Positions 38,365-48,227 of a stretch of 64,000 nucleotides of DNA are shown here, piece after piece (positions within the stretch are counted from its first letter, which is position 1; the number at the start of each line of letters is the position of its first letter). The stretch is from an uncultured Desulfarculus sp. GTDB taxonomy: Bacteria; Desulfobacterota; Desulfarculia; Desulfarculales; Desulfarculaceae. The stretch covers positions 2,336,001 through 2,400,000 of the forward strand of contig CAXXUK010000001.1 of assembly GCA_963665125.2 (NCBI GenBank), read 5' to 3'. The notes below the pieces were generated by a model. The model did not search any database, had not been told where the DNA came from, and was given only the letters and a program-made list of their open reading frames with translations. Position numbers and translations under genes: made by a program.

Positions 38365-39274
38365 GCGGATCAACATGCTAGGCCCCTGGCTGCGCGAAAG
38401 GTTCGGCGGCCCGGTGGTGAAGACAGGTCTGGACACCGGATTCGGCTGTCCCAACCGCCTGGCCGGAAATGGCGGATGCAGTTTTTGCCCACCGGCGGCC
38501 TATGGCCGCGACCAACAAGGCCAATCCATTTCCCGGCAATTGGAAAGCGGCCTGCGACGCCTGGCCGAAAAGGCCCTGCGCGGCGACAAGCCCACGCCCC
38601 TGGCCCTGGCCTATTTCCAAGCCTACACCAGCACCAACGCCGAGCCCGACATCCTGGAGCAGACCCTGAACCAGGCCGTTGGAGCGTCGGGCGTCTGCGG
38701 GGCCATAGTCTCCACCCGGCCCGACTGCCTGGACGGCCCCCGCTGGGAGGCACTGGAGCGCTTCAGGCAAAAAATGCCACTGTGGCTGGAGTTGGGTCTG
38801 CAAAGCGCCCATGACCAGACATTGCGGGCCATTGGCCGGGGCCACGACGTCGCGTGCTTTGACCGGGCTGCGGCCGAGGCCCAGCGCCGGGGATTTGACG
38901 TGGTGGCCCACGTGGTCCTGGGCCTGCCCGGCGAGAGGCCGGAGCATACGGCAAAAACCGCCGATCATTTGGCCGGGCTGGGCCTTTGGGGCGTCAAGAT
39001 GCACAACCTGATGGTCCTGGAAGGCTCGCGCCTGGCCGCCCAATACCATGACGGCGCATTTGAGCCATGGCCCCTGGAGCAATATGCCAAGGCCGCGGCG
39101 GAGTTCATCGGCCGCCTGCCCCGGTCCATGCTGGTCCACCGCCTGGCCGCAGATCCGGGCCGGGACAAGCTCGCCGCCCCCCAATGGGCCGCGGACAAGG
39201 ACGCCATATTAAGCGCCATTGCCGACGAACTGGAACGACGCGACATCACTCAGGGGGATTTATGCCGCAAATAG
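38342..39274 (+). CDS. YhcC/TIGR01212-type radical SAM protein
   Basis: GFGCPNR..GGCSFC, YFQAYTST, STRPDC, ELGLQS. Confidence 0.9.
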   Translation: MDAARLNKRINMLGPWLRERFGGPVVKTGLDTGFGCPNRLAGNGGCSFCPPAAYGRDQQGQSISRQLESGLRRLAEKALRGDKPTPLALAYFQAYTSTNAEPDILEQTLNQAVGASGVCGAIVSTRPDCLDGPRWEALERFRQKMPLWLELGLQSAHDQTLRAIGRGHDVACFDRAAAEAQRRGFDVVAHVVLGLPGERPEHTAKTADHLAGLGLWGVKMHNLMVLEGSRLAAQYHDGAFEPWPLEQYAKAAAEFIGRLPRSMLVHRLAADPGRDKLAAPQWAADKDAILSAIADELERRDITQGDLCRK

Positions 39275-39792
39275 TCTCCATCATGACCATCCAGACCAAG
39301 CTTGGTCCGCTGCACTGCGCGGCAACTGAAAACGCCGTGCTCTCCGTTGACCTGCCGCCCTCGGGCAAGCTGGAGGAGTTCATCGCCTTGGCCAAGGCCA
39401 AGGGCGGGGGCGTGGAGCACCGCATTGTCAGCCCGGAGGAGCATGAGGCGGGCAGACAAATAATGGCCTATCTGGGCGGCGACGCGCATGCCCTAGGCAT
39501 GGAGCCCGATCTCGGGGGCCTGCGGCCCTTCAGCAGGGCAGTGCTTACGGCCATCCGCGAGATACCGCCGGGCCAAACCTGGACCTACGCCCAGGCGGCG
39601 GCCGCCGCGGGCAGCCCAAGGGGCGCCAGGGCCGCCGGACAGGCCCTGCACCGCAACCCGGTGGCCCTTTTCGCGCCGTGCCACAGGATCATCGGCGCGG
39701 ACGGCTCCCTGACCGGTTTCGGTTCGGGCCTGCCCACCAAACAAGCCCTGCTCGAGCTTGAGCGCGGCGGGCAGACCCTGCTGTTAAGTTAG
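39262..39792 (+). CDS. ogt: Methylated-DNA--protein-cysteine methyltransferase
   Basis: IPPGQTWTY, ARAAG, NP..PCHRII active site. Confidence 0.92.
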   Translation: MPQIVSIMTIQTKLGPLHCAATENAVLSVDLPPSGKLEEFIALAKAKGGGVEHRIVSPEEHEAGRQIMAYLGGDAHALGMEPDLGGLRPFSRAVLTAIREIPPGQTWTYAQAAAAAGSPRGARAAGQALHRNPVALFAPCHRIIGADGSLTGFGSGLPTKQALLELERGGQTLLLS

Positions 39793-40358
39793 CCGAAAAG
39801 GCGTTTGGCCTCGGCCTCCACCTGGTCCCACACTTCTTTTCTGTCCGCCACTTCACCGGCTTCCAGGACTTCCCAGGCCCTGATCAGGGTTGTTTCGCTA
39901 AATCCGGCGTATTGGAAGAACATGGCGTACTTGGTGAACACGTCGGCGTACTGTTTTTCGCTGTCGCCCTGGGTCTGGATGCACACCAGCTTCTGGCCCT
40001 TGGGCAGCCGGAAGTCATTGGGGTTGGTCATGAAATCCGGTCCGCAGAAGGAATAGGTGCGGTCGATGAAGCACTTCATCTGGCCGCTGAGGTCGAAGAA
40101 ATAGATCGGCGAGGCCAGGACCAGCACGTCGGCGGTCTTGATATCCTCCAAAACCGGCGTGAGGTCGTCCTTGAGGGCGCAGTGGTCCAACTTGGTCTTG
40201 CACGCGCCGCAACCCTGGCAGCCCTTGAAATTGAGTTTGTTGAGTTCATAAACGGCCACCTCGGCCCCCAAATCCTTGGCCGTGTCGCAAAAGGCGTTGG
40301 CCAGGGAAGTGGAGTTGCCCTTGCTGCGTGGGCTGCCCAGCAAACATACTGCTTTCAT
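39789..40358 (-). CDS. Iron-sulfur flavoprotein / flavodoxin family protein
   Basis: GSPRSKGNS, CQGCGAC..C, ASPIYF, MKCFIDR. Confidence 0.9.
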   Translation of the reverse strand: MKAVCLLGSPRSKGNSTSLANAFCDTAKDLGAEVAVYELNKLNFKGCQGCGACKTKLDHCALKDDLTPVLEDIKTADVLVLASPIYFFDLSGQMKCFIDRTYSFCGPDFMTNPNDFRLPKGQKLVCIQTQGDSEKQYADVFTKYAMFFQYAGFSETTLIRAWEVLEAGEVADRKEVWDQVEAEAKRLFG

Positions 40359-40429
40359 TGTTCAACCTCCGTTTTTGTTCGGCATTCGTTTATTTTTATT
40401 TTCGAACTATTCGGCCAAAAAATTTACCC

Positions 40430-40861
40430 CTACTTTTCGCCTGTCAGCTTGGCGAACAGACCCAGAAGCTGATCCTGCTCGTCCTCGTCCAGTTTTGCCA
40501 GCATCCGCCGACAGGCGTCCAGCCAGGCCCGCATTTCGCTGTGACCGATGCGGCTGCCTTCATCGGTGAGCACTATTTCCACCACCCGGCGGTCCTCCGG
40601 GCAGGCAATGCGCTTCAGCAGCCCCTTGGCTTCCATTTTGTCCACCAGGTAGGTCACGCTGCTGACAGCCATTTGCAGCCAGTCGGCCAATTTTTTCATC
40701 ATCACCGGCTGATGCAGGCCCACGAATTCAATGGTCTTGAGTTCCCTGGGGTGCAGGCAATCATTTTGCATGCAGCAACCCGCCTGGGTCTGCTCCATGG
40801 CCCGGCCCAGCAGCATCAGGTAGTTGTGCAGTTTTTTCGCCTTGTGATCCAGATCCGTCAT
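40430..40861 (-). CDS. MarR family transcriptional regulator
   Basis: LAD..SSVTYLVDKMEAKGLLKR..DRR..LT.EG. Confidence 0.9.
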   Translation of the reverse strand: MTDLDHKAKKLHNYLMLLGRAMEQTQAGCCMQNDCLHPRELKTIEFVGLHQPVMMKKLADWLQMAVSSVTYLVDKMEAKGLLKRIACPEDRRVVEIVLTDEGSRIGHSEMRAWLDACRRMLAKLDEDEQDQLLGLFAKLTGEK

Positions 40862-40872
40862 TGGCAACCTAT

Positions 40873-40885
40873 TTCGAATTTCGAA
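40873..40885. promoter_or_regulatory. Palindrome, possible MarR operator
   Basis: TTCGAA-T-TTCGAA immediately upstream of marR; a related TTCGAA occurs at ~40401 upstream of the flavoprotein gene. Confidence 0.4.
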
Positions 40886-40987
40886 TAATTTGATTATAGA
40901 GCTAAATTTATTTCAGTCAAGCCCCTGCCGTGCAAATTGACCTGCCCGGCATGACGGGACTAGAATGCGAAAAAAAAGAGGCAATGC

Positions 40988-41914
40988 ATGAACTGGCAAA
41001 CCAAGGCGCTGATCCAGCGGACAATCGCCCGCCTGCCCTTCAGCGAACAGATATACAAGATCATCCAGAAACGCTTCGGCACCCTGGACAGCGACCCGTG
41101 GTTCCGCATACCCCATCATCTGGAGATGCTGGGCCTGATGCGCGAGGCGGGCTTCGACCCGGCGGGCAAGGAGTTTTTCGAAGTGGGCACTGGCCACCGG
41201 CCCTATCTGCCCATCGGCTTCAGCCTGATTGAGGCGGCCAAGGTTATCACCGTGGATCTCAACCCGCGCCTGGACCAGGCCATGTGCGCGGACATGGTGC
41301 GCCGGATGATCGACGACAAGCACAACATCACCAGCGCCTATGCCCAATTCATACCGCCCGAAAAGCTGGCGGCCAAGCTGGAGGCCATGGACCCCTGGGC
41401 CTGCAAGCCCATGCAATACCTGGCCCGCGCCAACATCGATTACCGGGCCCCGGCCGACGCGGCAAAGACAGGCCTGCCCGACGAAAGCATCGACTGTCAT
41501 TTCTCGGTGACCACCCTGGAGCACATCGGGCCGGAGGCACTAAGGGCCATATTCACCGAGGCCCGGCGCATCCTCAAGGATGACGGTCTGGCCGTGCATT
41601 TGATCGACATGAGCGACCATTTCCAGCACCAGGACAGCGCCATCACCAAGATTAATTTCCTGCAGTTCAGCCGGGCGCAATGGGAATATCTGGCCGGAAA
41701 CCGCTTCGGCTATTGCAACCGCCTGCGGGCCAGCCAGTTCCGGGCCTTGTTCCAAGAGCTGGGCTTTGAGATCATCCTGGAAAAGGCGAATCTGGACCAG
41801 GCGTCCCTGGCGGCCCTGAACAGCGGCTTTGCCCTGGATGAACAATTCAGCGGTTTCGACCCGGAAGACGTCTGCACCACCCGTCTGGCCGTGGTTATGC
41901 GCAAAACTACCTAG
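40988..41914 (+). CDS. Class I SAM-dependent methyltransferase
   Basis: FEVGTG, TVD, TTLEHI, RILKDDG, IDMSDH, NRLR. Confidence 0.8.
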   Translation: MNWQTKALIQRTIARLPFSEQIYKIIQKRFGTLDSDPWFRIPHHLEMLGLMREAGFDPAGKEFFEVGTGHRPYLPIGFSLIEAAKVITVDLNPRLDQAMCADMVRRMIDDKHNITSAYAQFIPPEKLAAKLEAMDPWACKPMQYLARANIDYRAPADAAKTGLPDESIDCHFSVTTLEHIGPEALRAIFTEARRILKDDGLAVHLIDMSDHFQHQDSAITKINFLQFSRAQWEYLAGNRFGYCNRLRASQFRALFQELGFEIILEKANLDQASLAALNSGFALDEQFSGFDPEDVCTTRLAVVMRKTT

Positions 41915-41923
41915 GTCATGGTC

Positions 41924-42075
41924 TTGAAAAAGTCCGTCCTGGACTTTTTCAACCGCTACTTGGCAAAAGCGTGGTTTTGCCAAGTAGCTCGATTTGCTTG
42001 TTTTTTACAAAACTGCGCAACTCGGCGGGCCGTCCTTGGCCCGCCTAACAGGCTGTTTTTCAACAGCCTGTTAGG
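41924..42075. repeat. Four-hairpin intergenic element (MITE/REPIN-like)
   Basis: Perfect stems of 12, 14, 8 and 14 bp in ~150 bp between convergent genes; second copy at 31225-31363. Confidence 0.85.
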
Positions 42076-42076
42076 G

Positions 42077-44485
42077 TTATTTGCCGCAATCCCTCTGTTG
42101 GGCCAGGTAGGGCTCGACATGCCATTTTTTGTTTTGGCACACAAAGCTCAGGCAACCCTGACGCCTTGTAGAGATGACCCGCGCGCCAGCATTCTTGGCC
42201 GAAGTAAGGGCCTGGGGCCGGGGCATGCCGAAGCTGTTGGGGCAGCCGCAGGAAAAGGCCACGATGTGCGGCCGCATGGCCTGCATCAACTCGGTTGTGC
42301 ACGAGCCGATGCCGCCGTGGTGGGCCGCCGCCAGGAGCGTATCGCCGCCCGTTGGCAGCGAGGGGGCCAGGCGGCGCTCCACCTTGGGCCCGGAATCGCC
42401 GGGCAGCCAGATGCGGCAGCCCTGGGCGGCTATGCCCAGCCACAACGAGCGGTCGTTTTCCGTCCACCCCGAGGTGTCCTCGCCCGGTGGCGGCCAGAGC
42501 ACGCTGACCCGCGCGCCGCCGATCTCCTGCTCCCGGGGCAGTTGCTCCGGCCCCAGCACCGTAGCTCCGGCGTCCCTGGCCGTTGCCAGCAAAAAGCCGT
42601 GAACGCCCTTCCAGTTGCCCGGATCATTGGTCCAGACCTGGCCGGGCCCGAACCAGCGTACGATAAACGGCAGGCCGCCCACATGATCCGGGTCCTTGTG
42701 GGAACAGGCCACGATTTCCACCGAGCGGATGCCCATCTCCCACAAAAACGGGGCCACGACCTTGCGGCCGAAATCAAAGTCGCTGCCCGGCCATCCGCCG
42801 CCGTCGATGACCATGACCTGGCCCTGTGGCAGGCGCACCACGGTGCACGAGCCCTGGCCCACGTCCACCATCCATGCGTGCAGCCTGCCGTCGGGCGTCG
42901 CGGGCATCAGGTGAACCACGCCGGCCGCCACGGCCAACAAGCCCAGCCCGGCCATGAGCGCCCAGCGCCAACGACGGGCCGCGACGCCCGCCACGGCCGC
43001 TCCGTAGGCCAGGACCACGGCCAGCCAGCCCGGCCCGGCGGTGTAGCTCACCGCGCCGGGTAGACTCACGAACCACTGGGCCAGGGCCATGGACCAATCA
43101 GCCGGGATCTGGGCCAAATTCCACGCCAGCAAACCGGCTGCTGGCCAGACCAGCCCAATTGCCGCGCCCAGCAGGGCCAGGGGCAGCACCACCAGGGTGA
43201 CCAGGGGGATCAGCACCATGTTGGCCGGCAAAAACAGCCAGGGTATGGTGTGGAAGTTCAGAGCCGTCAGGGGCATTACGGCCAAGCCAACCACCGTGCT
43301 CACGGCCAGCCACCCGGCCAGACCGGCGGCAAGGCGTTTGACAGGGCCCCGCACCCGGCCCACCCGGCGGCTCACCGGTCCGGCGATGAGCAGAATCGAG
43401 CCCACGGCGGTAAACGACAACTGAAACGACAGGGTAAGTGGCGCGTCGGGCCAGATGCCGATGATCACCACGGCGGCCAGGCTCAGCCCGCCGACCGGGT
43501 CGTAGCGCCGATTGATAAGCCCGGCGGCGCAAAGGCAGGCGATCATGATCAGGGCCCGCATGGTGGGCGTGGCCCCGCCGGCCAGGGCGGCATAGGCGGC
43601 GGCCGGGATCAACGCGCCGACGGCCGCCGTCTTGACGGCGTTATAGCGCAGGGCGAACCAAGGCCAGGCGGCCAAGCCCACCCTCAGTAGAAAAAAGCCC
43701 AGGCCCCAGACCAGGCCCACGTGCATGCCGCTGATGGCCAGCAGATGGGCCGTGCCGCTGTCGCCGAAGGCGTCCCGCTGGGGGTTGGTCAATTCGCCCC
43801 GCTGGCCCAGGACCAGGGCCCGCACCAGCCCCCGGCCCTCGGAAGGCGGCAGCCGGTCCAGCAGGCCGCCCACCCGCTGACGCAGGCCGCCCAGGGCCAG
43901 TTCCAGGGCTGAGATTTCCGCCGGGCCGAGGATTTTGAGCTTGCCCCGCTTGCCCGCGTACGAGGCGGCGCCAGCGCCCTGCTGACTGGCATACTCCTCG
44001 TAATCAAAGCCGCCGGGGTTGGCCATGGAGCGGATGGGCCGCAGCCGCCCCTCGAAGCTGAAGCGTTGGCCGACCCTGGGCAGGGCCAGGCCCTCGGCAA
44101 AACTGATCCACAGGCCGCCGCCGGCCGGTTTATGGTCCACGCTCACGGCCCGAGCCAGCATGCGCATGCCGCCGCTCTGGGGCCCGGCCGGGTTGAACAC
44201 GTCGGCCACGATGAGGCGCTTGGTATTGTCGGCAAAGCGGGAGATGTCGTCCGCCGCCGGTTCGGCGCTGTGCCACTGGGCCATGTGCCCGGCGGCGAAG
44301 ACAAGGCATGTCGCGGCCACCAGGGCCACCGGCAGGCCCCGGCCCTTCAGCCCCAGCCACACCAGGGCGGCCAGGCCCGCCATTGCGGCGGCCAACAGCG
44401 GCCAGGCGGGCGGCTCCAGCCAATGGGCCAGGATCGACCCGGCGGCCATGGCCAGGGCGGGCCAAAGCAGGGGGTGGGCCCGCAC
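42077..44485 (-). CDS. comEC: DNA uptake protein ComEC/Rec2
   Basis: NPGGFDY, HLLAISGMH, SFQLSF, metallo-beta-lactamase domain (DVGQG, SHKDPDH, HHG). Confidence 0.95.
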   Translation of the reverse strand: MRAHPLLWPALAMAAGSILAHWLEPPAWPLLAAAMAGLAALVWLGLKGRGLPVALVAATCLVFAAGHMAQWHSAEPAADDISRFADNTKRLIVADVFNPAGPQSGGMRMLARAVSVDHKPAGGGLWISFAEGLALPRVGQRFSFEGRLRPIRSMANPGGFDYEEYASQQGAGAASYAGKRGKLKILGPAEISALELALGGLRQRVGGLLDRLPPSEGRGLVRALVLGQRGELTNPQRDAFGDSGTAHLLAISGMHVGLVWGLGFFLLRVGLAAWPWFALRYNAVKTAAVGALIPAAAYAALAGGATPTMRALIMIACLCAAGLINRRYDPVGGLSLAAVVIIGIWPDAPLTLSFQLSFTAVGSILLIAGPVSRRVGRVRGPVKRLAAGLAGWLAVSTVVGLAVMPLTALNFHTIPWLFLPANMVLIPLVTLVVLPLALLGAAIGLVWPAAGLLAWNLAQIPADWSMALAQWFVSLPGAVSYTAGPGWLAVVLAYGAAVAGVAARRWRWALMAGLGLLAVAAGVVHLMPATPDGRLHAWMVDVGQGSCTVVRLPQGQVMVIDGGGWPGSDFDFGRKVVAPFLWEMGIRSVEIVACSHKDPDHVGGLPFIVRWFGPGQVWTNDPGNWKGVHGFLLATARDAGATVLGPEQLPREQEIGGARVSVLWPPPGEDTSGWTENDRSLWLGIAAQGCRIWLPGDSGPKVERRLAPSLPTGGDTLLAAAHHGGIGSCTTELMQAMRPHIVAFSCGCPNSFGMPRPQALTSAKNAGARVISTRRQGCLSFVCQNKKWHVEPYLAQQRDCGK

Positions 44486-44490
44486 TCGGC

Positions 44491-44928
44491 CTAGTCTTCC
44501 CGGCGCAGGATAAAGGCCCAGGTGGAGGCCAGTTGGCCCTGGCTGAACAGCGCGCCCCGGCTCAGGTACGAGCCGTCGGCCAACAGCAACAGGGTCTCCG
44601 AGCCTTCGTGAACGCCGTCGGCGCTACGGTAGATGCTGATGATGGCGTCACCGGCAATGGCGAAGTTGCCTTGCAGGTCGCCCAGATCCGGGTTGCGGCT
44701 GACCCACTTGGCGGCCAGGGCGCCCGGCTCCATGGGCTGGACCTCGTAGTCGTTGCTGATCTCCAGGGGCTCGTCCAGCAGCACCCGCATGACGCCTTGC
44801 AAGCGCCAGGCCCCCGGCTCGTGGGTGATGACGGTGCGGCCCTCGGCCTGGGCCACGGCCCCGTCCGGGGTGATGAAATGCCCCTGGGCCCGCCATGCGC
44901 CCGGTTTGAGCAAAAAGGTATGTTCCAT
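44491..44928 (-). CDS. Hypothetical protein (145 aa, beta-rich)
   Basis: Good codon usage; fills the gap between the hydrolase gene and comEC on the same strand. Confidence 0.7.
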   Translation of the reverse strand: MEHTFLLKPGAWRAQGHFITPDGAVAQAEGRTVITHEPGAWRLQGVMRVLLDEPLEISNDYEVQPMEPGALAAKWVSRNPDLGDLQGNFAIAGDAIISIYRSADGVHEGSETLLLLADGSYLSRGALFSQGQLASTWAFILRRED

Positions 44929-44948
44929 ATGCGCCAGTTCCTTCCCGG

Positions 44949-45563
44949 CTAGTTGTATATAACCCAGGTAACGGCCAAACCCGCCGAGCTGACGGCCAGG
45001 CATAGTATTGCCGCGAACAGCTTGAGCCGCGTGTTTTTCAGCCGGGTCCACATCAGGCCCAGGGCCAGCCACGGCCCGAAGATGAGCGCCTCCATGCCCA
45101 CGGCCCGCATGGTCGGCGTGTGGTTGAAAAGGCCCAGCAGGCCGCCCATCGAGTTGCTGTAATAAGCCGTGGGCACAAACTGCACGGGGCACAGCCAGCC
45201 CTCCGCGGTCCAGGGCCACAAGAACGGCACCCCTGGGCCGCAGGCCATGGCCCAATCCAACACCGGATGGACCAGGCAGACCAGGCTGAAGCCCGCCCAG
45301 GCCCTGGGGATGTCCCGCCAGCGCCGGGCGCAGACCAACAGCGCGGCCACCGCTGCCAAAGCCAGTGCGGCGGCAATGCTATGGCTGGGGCCCCGGTGGT
45401 TACCCGCGTCAAAGGCGATGCGCACCAGCACATCCATATCCGGCGCGACACCCAGGGCCACAGCCAGGCCGTAGCCCGGCCGGCCTCCGGGCAGCCGGGC
45501 CGGACGCCGCACCGCGCCGTATACGGCGGCGGCGGCCAAACCATGTCCGACAATAGTGCTCAT
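44949..45563 (-). CDS. Membrane metal-dependent hydrolase (YdjM family)
   Basis: GH, PDMD, HRGPSHS, HPVLD, LWPW. Confidence 0.88.
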   Translation of the reverse strand: MSTIVGHGLAAAAVYGAVRRPARLPGGRPGYGLAVALGVAPDMDVLVRIAFDAGNHRGPSHSIAAALALAAVAALLVCARRWRDIPRAWAGFSLVCLVHPVLDWAMACGPGVPFLWPWTAEGWLCPVQFVPTAYYSNSMGGLLGLFNHTPTMRAVGMEALIFGPWLALGLMWTRLKNTRLKLFAAILCLAVSSAGLAVTWVIYN

Positions 45564-45637
45564 ATCATCCGCATGCCTTTACGCCCTTGCCCAAACCCAT
45601 TGGACGGTTATATTCTTGTGCCGCACGGAGGAGCGTC

Positions 45638-46507
45638 TTGCAAGGCCTTATAGTCAGTTTTAATCCCATGATCGCCGCCGACCGGACAATAGTCCTGGAA
45701 TCCCGGCGGGCCTTGAACCGGGCCGATGTCCTGACCGTCAGCCGGGCCCAGGCCGTATTGATGCCCCTGGCCCCCCGGCCGGATGTCTACGCCCTGGCGG
45801 CCGGTCTGGGCAAGCCCCTGTTCCCCAATCCGGCGGTGTATCTTAGCCTGGACGGCAAGATCGGCAACCAGCGGCTCTTTTCGGCCCTGGGCCTGCCCCA
45901 TCCTCGGAGCATGGCCTATGCCAACGTCCAAGATGCCCTGGCGGCCTGGCGCGGCGGCATGGCGGAGATCGCCGACCTGGGCGCGCCCCTGGTGGCCAAG
46001 GGCGCGGGCGGCGGCATGGGCGAAAACGTGTTTCTGGTCAACGATCCCGAAGAGTTGGCCGATCTGGCCCAGCGCATCGACACCCGCTGCAAAAACGGAC
46101 CGGAGGGGCTGCTGTTGCAGGAATTCGTGGACTGCGGGGGCACGGACCTGCGGGTGGTGCTGCTGGGTGACGGACACAAGGCATACTGGCGCCACGGCGC
46201 CAAAGGCCAGTGGCGCTCCAACATCAGCCAGAACGGCACGGCGGACTTTGACACCCGCCCCGAAGACATGGCCGCCGGGGTGGGCCTGGCCCGCCGTCTT
46301 GCCGACGCCGCCGGACTGGACATGGCCGGGGTGGACGTGCTGGTGCCGCCGGACCGCCCGCCCATGCTCCTGGAGGTCAACTTCTTCTTTGGCCGTAGCG
46401 CCTTGGGCGGCACGGACGCCTTTTTGCAAATGCATCTGGAGGCGGCCCGCCGCTGGCTGACCGGCAGGGGCATCGACCCGGCGCGGATCAGCCTGGCCAA
46501 CGACTAG
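45638..46507 (+). CDS. ATP-grasp (RimK-like) ligase
   Basis: PLVAK..GGMGENVFL, LLQEF, DLRV, WRSNISQ, AGVD, LEVN; TTG start with GGAGGAG. Confidence 0.82.
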   Translation: MQGLIVSFNPMIAADRTIVLESRRALNRADVLTVSRAQAVLMPLAPRPDVYALAAGLGKPLFPNPAVYLSLDGKIGNQRLFSALGLPHPRSMAYANVQDALAAWRGGMAEIADLGAPLVAKGAGGGMGENVFLVNDPEELADLAQRIDTRCKNGPEGLLLQEFVDCGGTDLRVVLLGDGHKAYWRHGAKGQWRSNISQNGTADFDTRPEDMAAGVGLARRLADAAGLDMAGVDVLVPPDRPPMLLEVNFFFGRSALGGTDAFLQMHLEAARRWLTGRGIDPARISLAND

Positions 46508-46508
46508 G

Positions 46509-47282
46509 CTAGCTGTTATCCAGCCCGCCGCCCTCGTAGCGGATATTGGCGAAACACATGGCCTGGTTGCGGTCTTCCATGATCAATGCCTGTTCCAGGC
46601 CGCCGCAGTCGATGTTCACATTGATGGCCTCCTTGGTCAGGCGCAGTCCCAGAGGATTCTTGCGGCGCATGATCTCGGCCGTGGCCATAGCCGTGGGCAT
46701 CAACTGGTCGCGCTCCACCACCCGGCTGACCATGCCCAGTTTGTCGGCGGTGGCCGCATCCATGAAATCGCCGGTGAGCAGGAATTCATAGGCCCGGCCC
46801 GCGCCGATGAGCCGGGGCAGGAAATAGCTGGCACCCATGTCCGATCCGCCGAAGCCCACGTTGATGTACGAGGCGGCGAAGCGGGTGTCCGGCGAGATCA
46901 CGCGCAGGTCGCAGGCCATGGTCATGCTGAAGCCCGCGCCCACCGCAGCGCCGAACACCGTGCAGATAATCGGCTGGGGGCATTGGCGCATGGCCAGCCA
47001 GACCCTGGCCAATTGGGCCTGATAGCGGTAGAACCCGGCCACGTCGAATTCGCCGGTCTTGGGTAGAAACGCCTTGAGGTCCAGGCCGCCGCTGAAGCCC
47101 TTTTCCCCGGCCGCGGTAAGTACGATGACCCGCACGTCGGTGTTGAAGCGCAGGCTGGTCCAAAGCTCGTACAGTTCGGCAATCATCCTGTCGTCGATGG
47201 AGTTGAGTGCCTGAGGGCGGTTCAAAGTCACTATTCCGATATGGCCGCGCACCTCATACAACAAGGTTTCAAACTGGCTCAT
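46509..47282 (-). CDS. Enoyl-CoA hydratase/isomerase family protein
   Basis: VTLNRPQALN, FSGGLDL, GAGFS, DMGASYFLPRLIG. Confidence 0.92.
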   Translation of the reverse strand: MSQFETLLYEVRGHIGIVTLNRPQALNSIDDRMIAELYELWTSLRFNTDVRVIVLTAAGEKGFSGGLDLKAFLPKTGEFDVAGFYRYQAQLARVWLAMRQCPQPIICTVFGAAVGAGFSMTMACDLRVISPDTRFAASYINVGFGGSDMGASYFLPRLIGAGRAYEFLLTGDFMDAATADKLGMVSRVVERDQLMPTAMATAEIMRRKNPLGLRLTKEAINVNIDCGGLEQALIMEDRNQAMCFANIRYEGGGLDNS

Positions 47283-47386
47283 TGATGATCCTCCCATAAT
47301 TTTGACACGCCGAATCATAGCATGAACATTGTTTACACCAAAAACCTTAACTGGACCCCGAGAGCCACTGCTGTTAAAAATTGTCC

Positions 47387-48205
47387 ATGCAACCAGCCGC
47401 TCACATAACACTTTGCTCACCGGGCCACGGCCTGGCCTGTTTTGCCTGCTGCCCGCCCATCAGGCCGCCGGGCTATGACCATCTGCCCTGGCAAAGCTCG
47501 CTGCGGCGTTTGTTTATCGACAACACCGCCGCCGTCCGGGCGGGCAGGCTGCCGGACAAGGTCATGTTGGGTTTTTGGTGCGCAGGCCTGGGTTTTCTGG
47601 ACCCCAAGGGCCGCACCATCGGCTGTCTGCTGCACCCGGCCCAAAACAACGGACAGGACCTGCGGGGACCCACGGGCTACCAGGAAAAATGCGCCAGGGA
47701 ATCTTGCGCCCAGTCCAGGGCCTTTGCCGTGTTGGCGCCGGAAACTGCAAACAGCCTGGCCGGGCTGTGCCGGGGCATGGACAGCTTCGCTTTTTCCAGC
47801 GGGAGTAATCCGCTGATGAAATTATTGGCCTTTGGTCCCGTGGTGGCCGCCGCCGTCCACGGGCTGGGGCTGGAAGATCTTGGCAAATTGGAGGCCCTGC
47901 CCTGGCTTGAAGGCCTGGAGCCGCGCCACGGTTGGCTCCTGGGGCGTCTGACCCAAACCCACGGCACGGACCTTCTGGAACGGACCGAAGCAGCCGACCG
48001 GGCCCACGCCATTGCCAAGCAATTGGCCAAGCGCATCGGCCCGCCGCCGCCGCTCAACAGCGGAGATCCGCTGCGCACGCTATGTGATGAATGGGAGGCC
48101 CGGTTCTGGAAGGCCGTCAACGGCCGGGTCAGGGCCAGACCGGCCGATCTGCGGACCTGGCGCGGTTATGCCGAGGATTTGATCTGTAAACCCGAGCGCG
48201 GATAA
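47387..48205 (+). CDS. Hypothetical Cys-rich (possibly Fe-S/Zn) protein
   Basis: CFACC, CAGLGFLD, GCLLHP, C..C motifs. Confidence 0.7.
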   Translation: MQPAAHITLCSPGHGLACFACCPPIRPPGYDHLPWQSSLRRLFIDNTAAVRAGRLPDKVMLGFWCAGLGFLDPKGRTIGCLLHPAQNNGQDLRGPTGYQEKCARESCAQSRAFAVLAPETANSLAGLCRGMDSFAFSSGSNPLMKLLAFGPVVAAAVHGLGLEDLGKLEALPWLEGLEPRHGWLLGRLTQTHGTDLLERTEAADRAHAIAKQLAKRIGPPPPLNSGDPLRTLCDEWEARFWKAVNGRVRARPADLRTWRGYAEDLICKPERG

Positions 48206-48226
48206 ACAGATCCACGCTCGGGTTTG
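48188..48226. terminator. Bidirectional terminator between convergent genes
   Basis: AAACCCGAGCG..CGCTCGGGTTT. Confidence 0.6.
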
Positions 48227-48227
48227 G

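Noticed and set aside
41918..43063. 381-aa plus-strand ORF starting in the hairpin element
   Set aside because: Antisense to comEC, with no transposase-like motifs.
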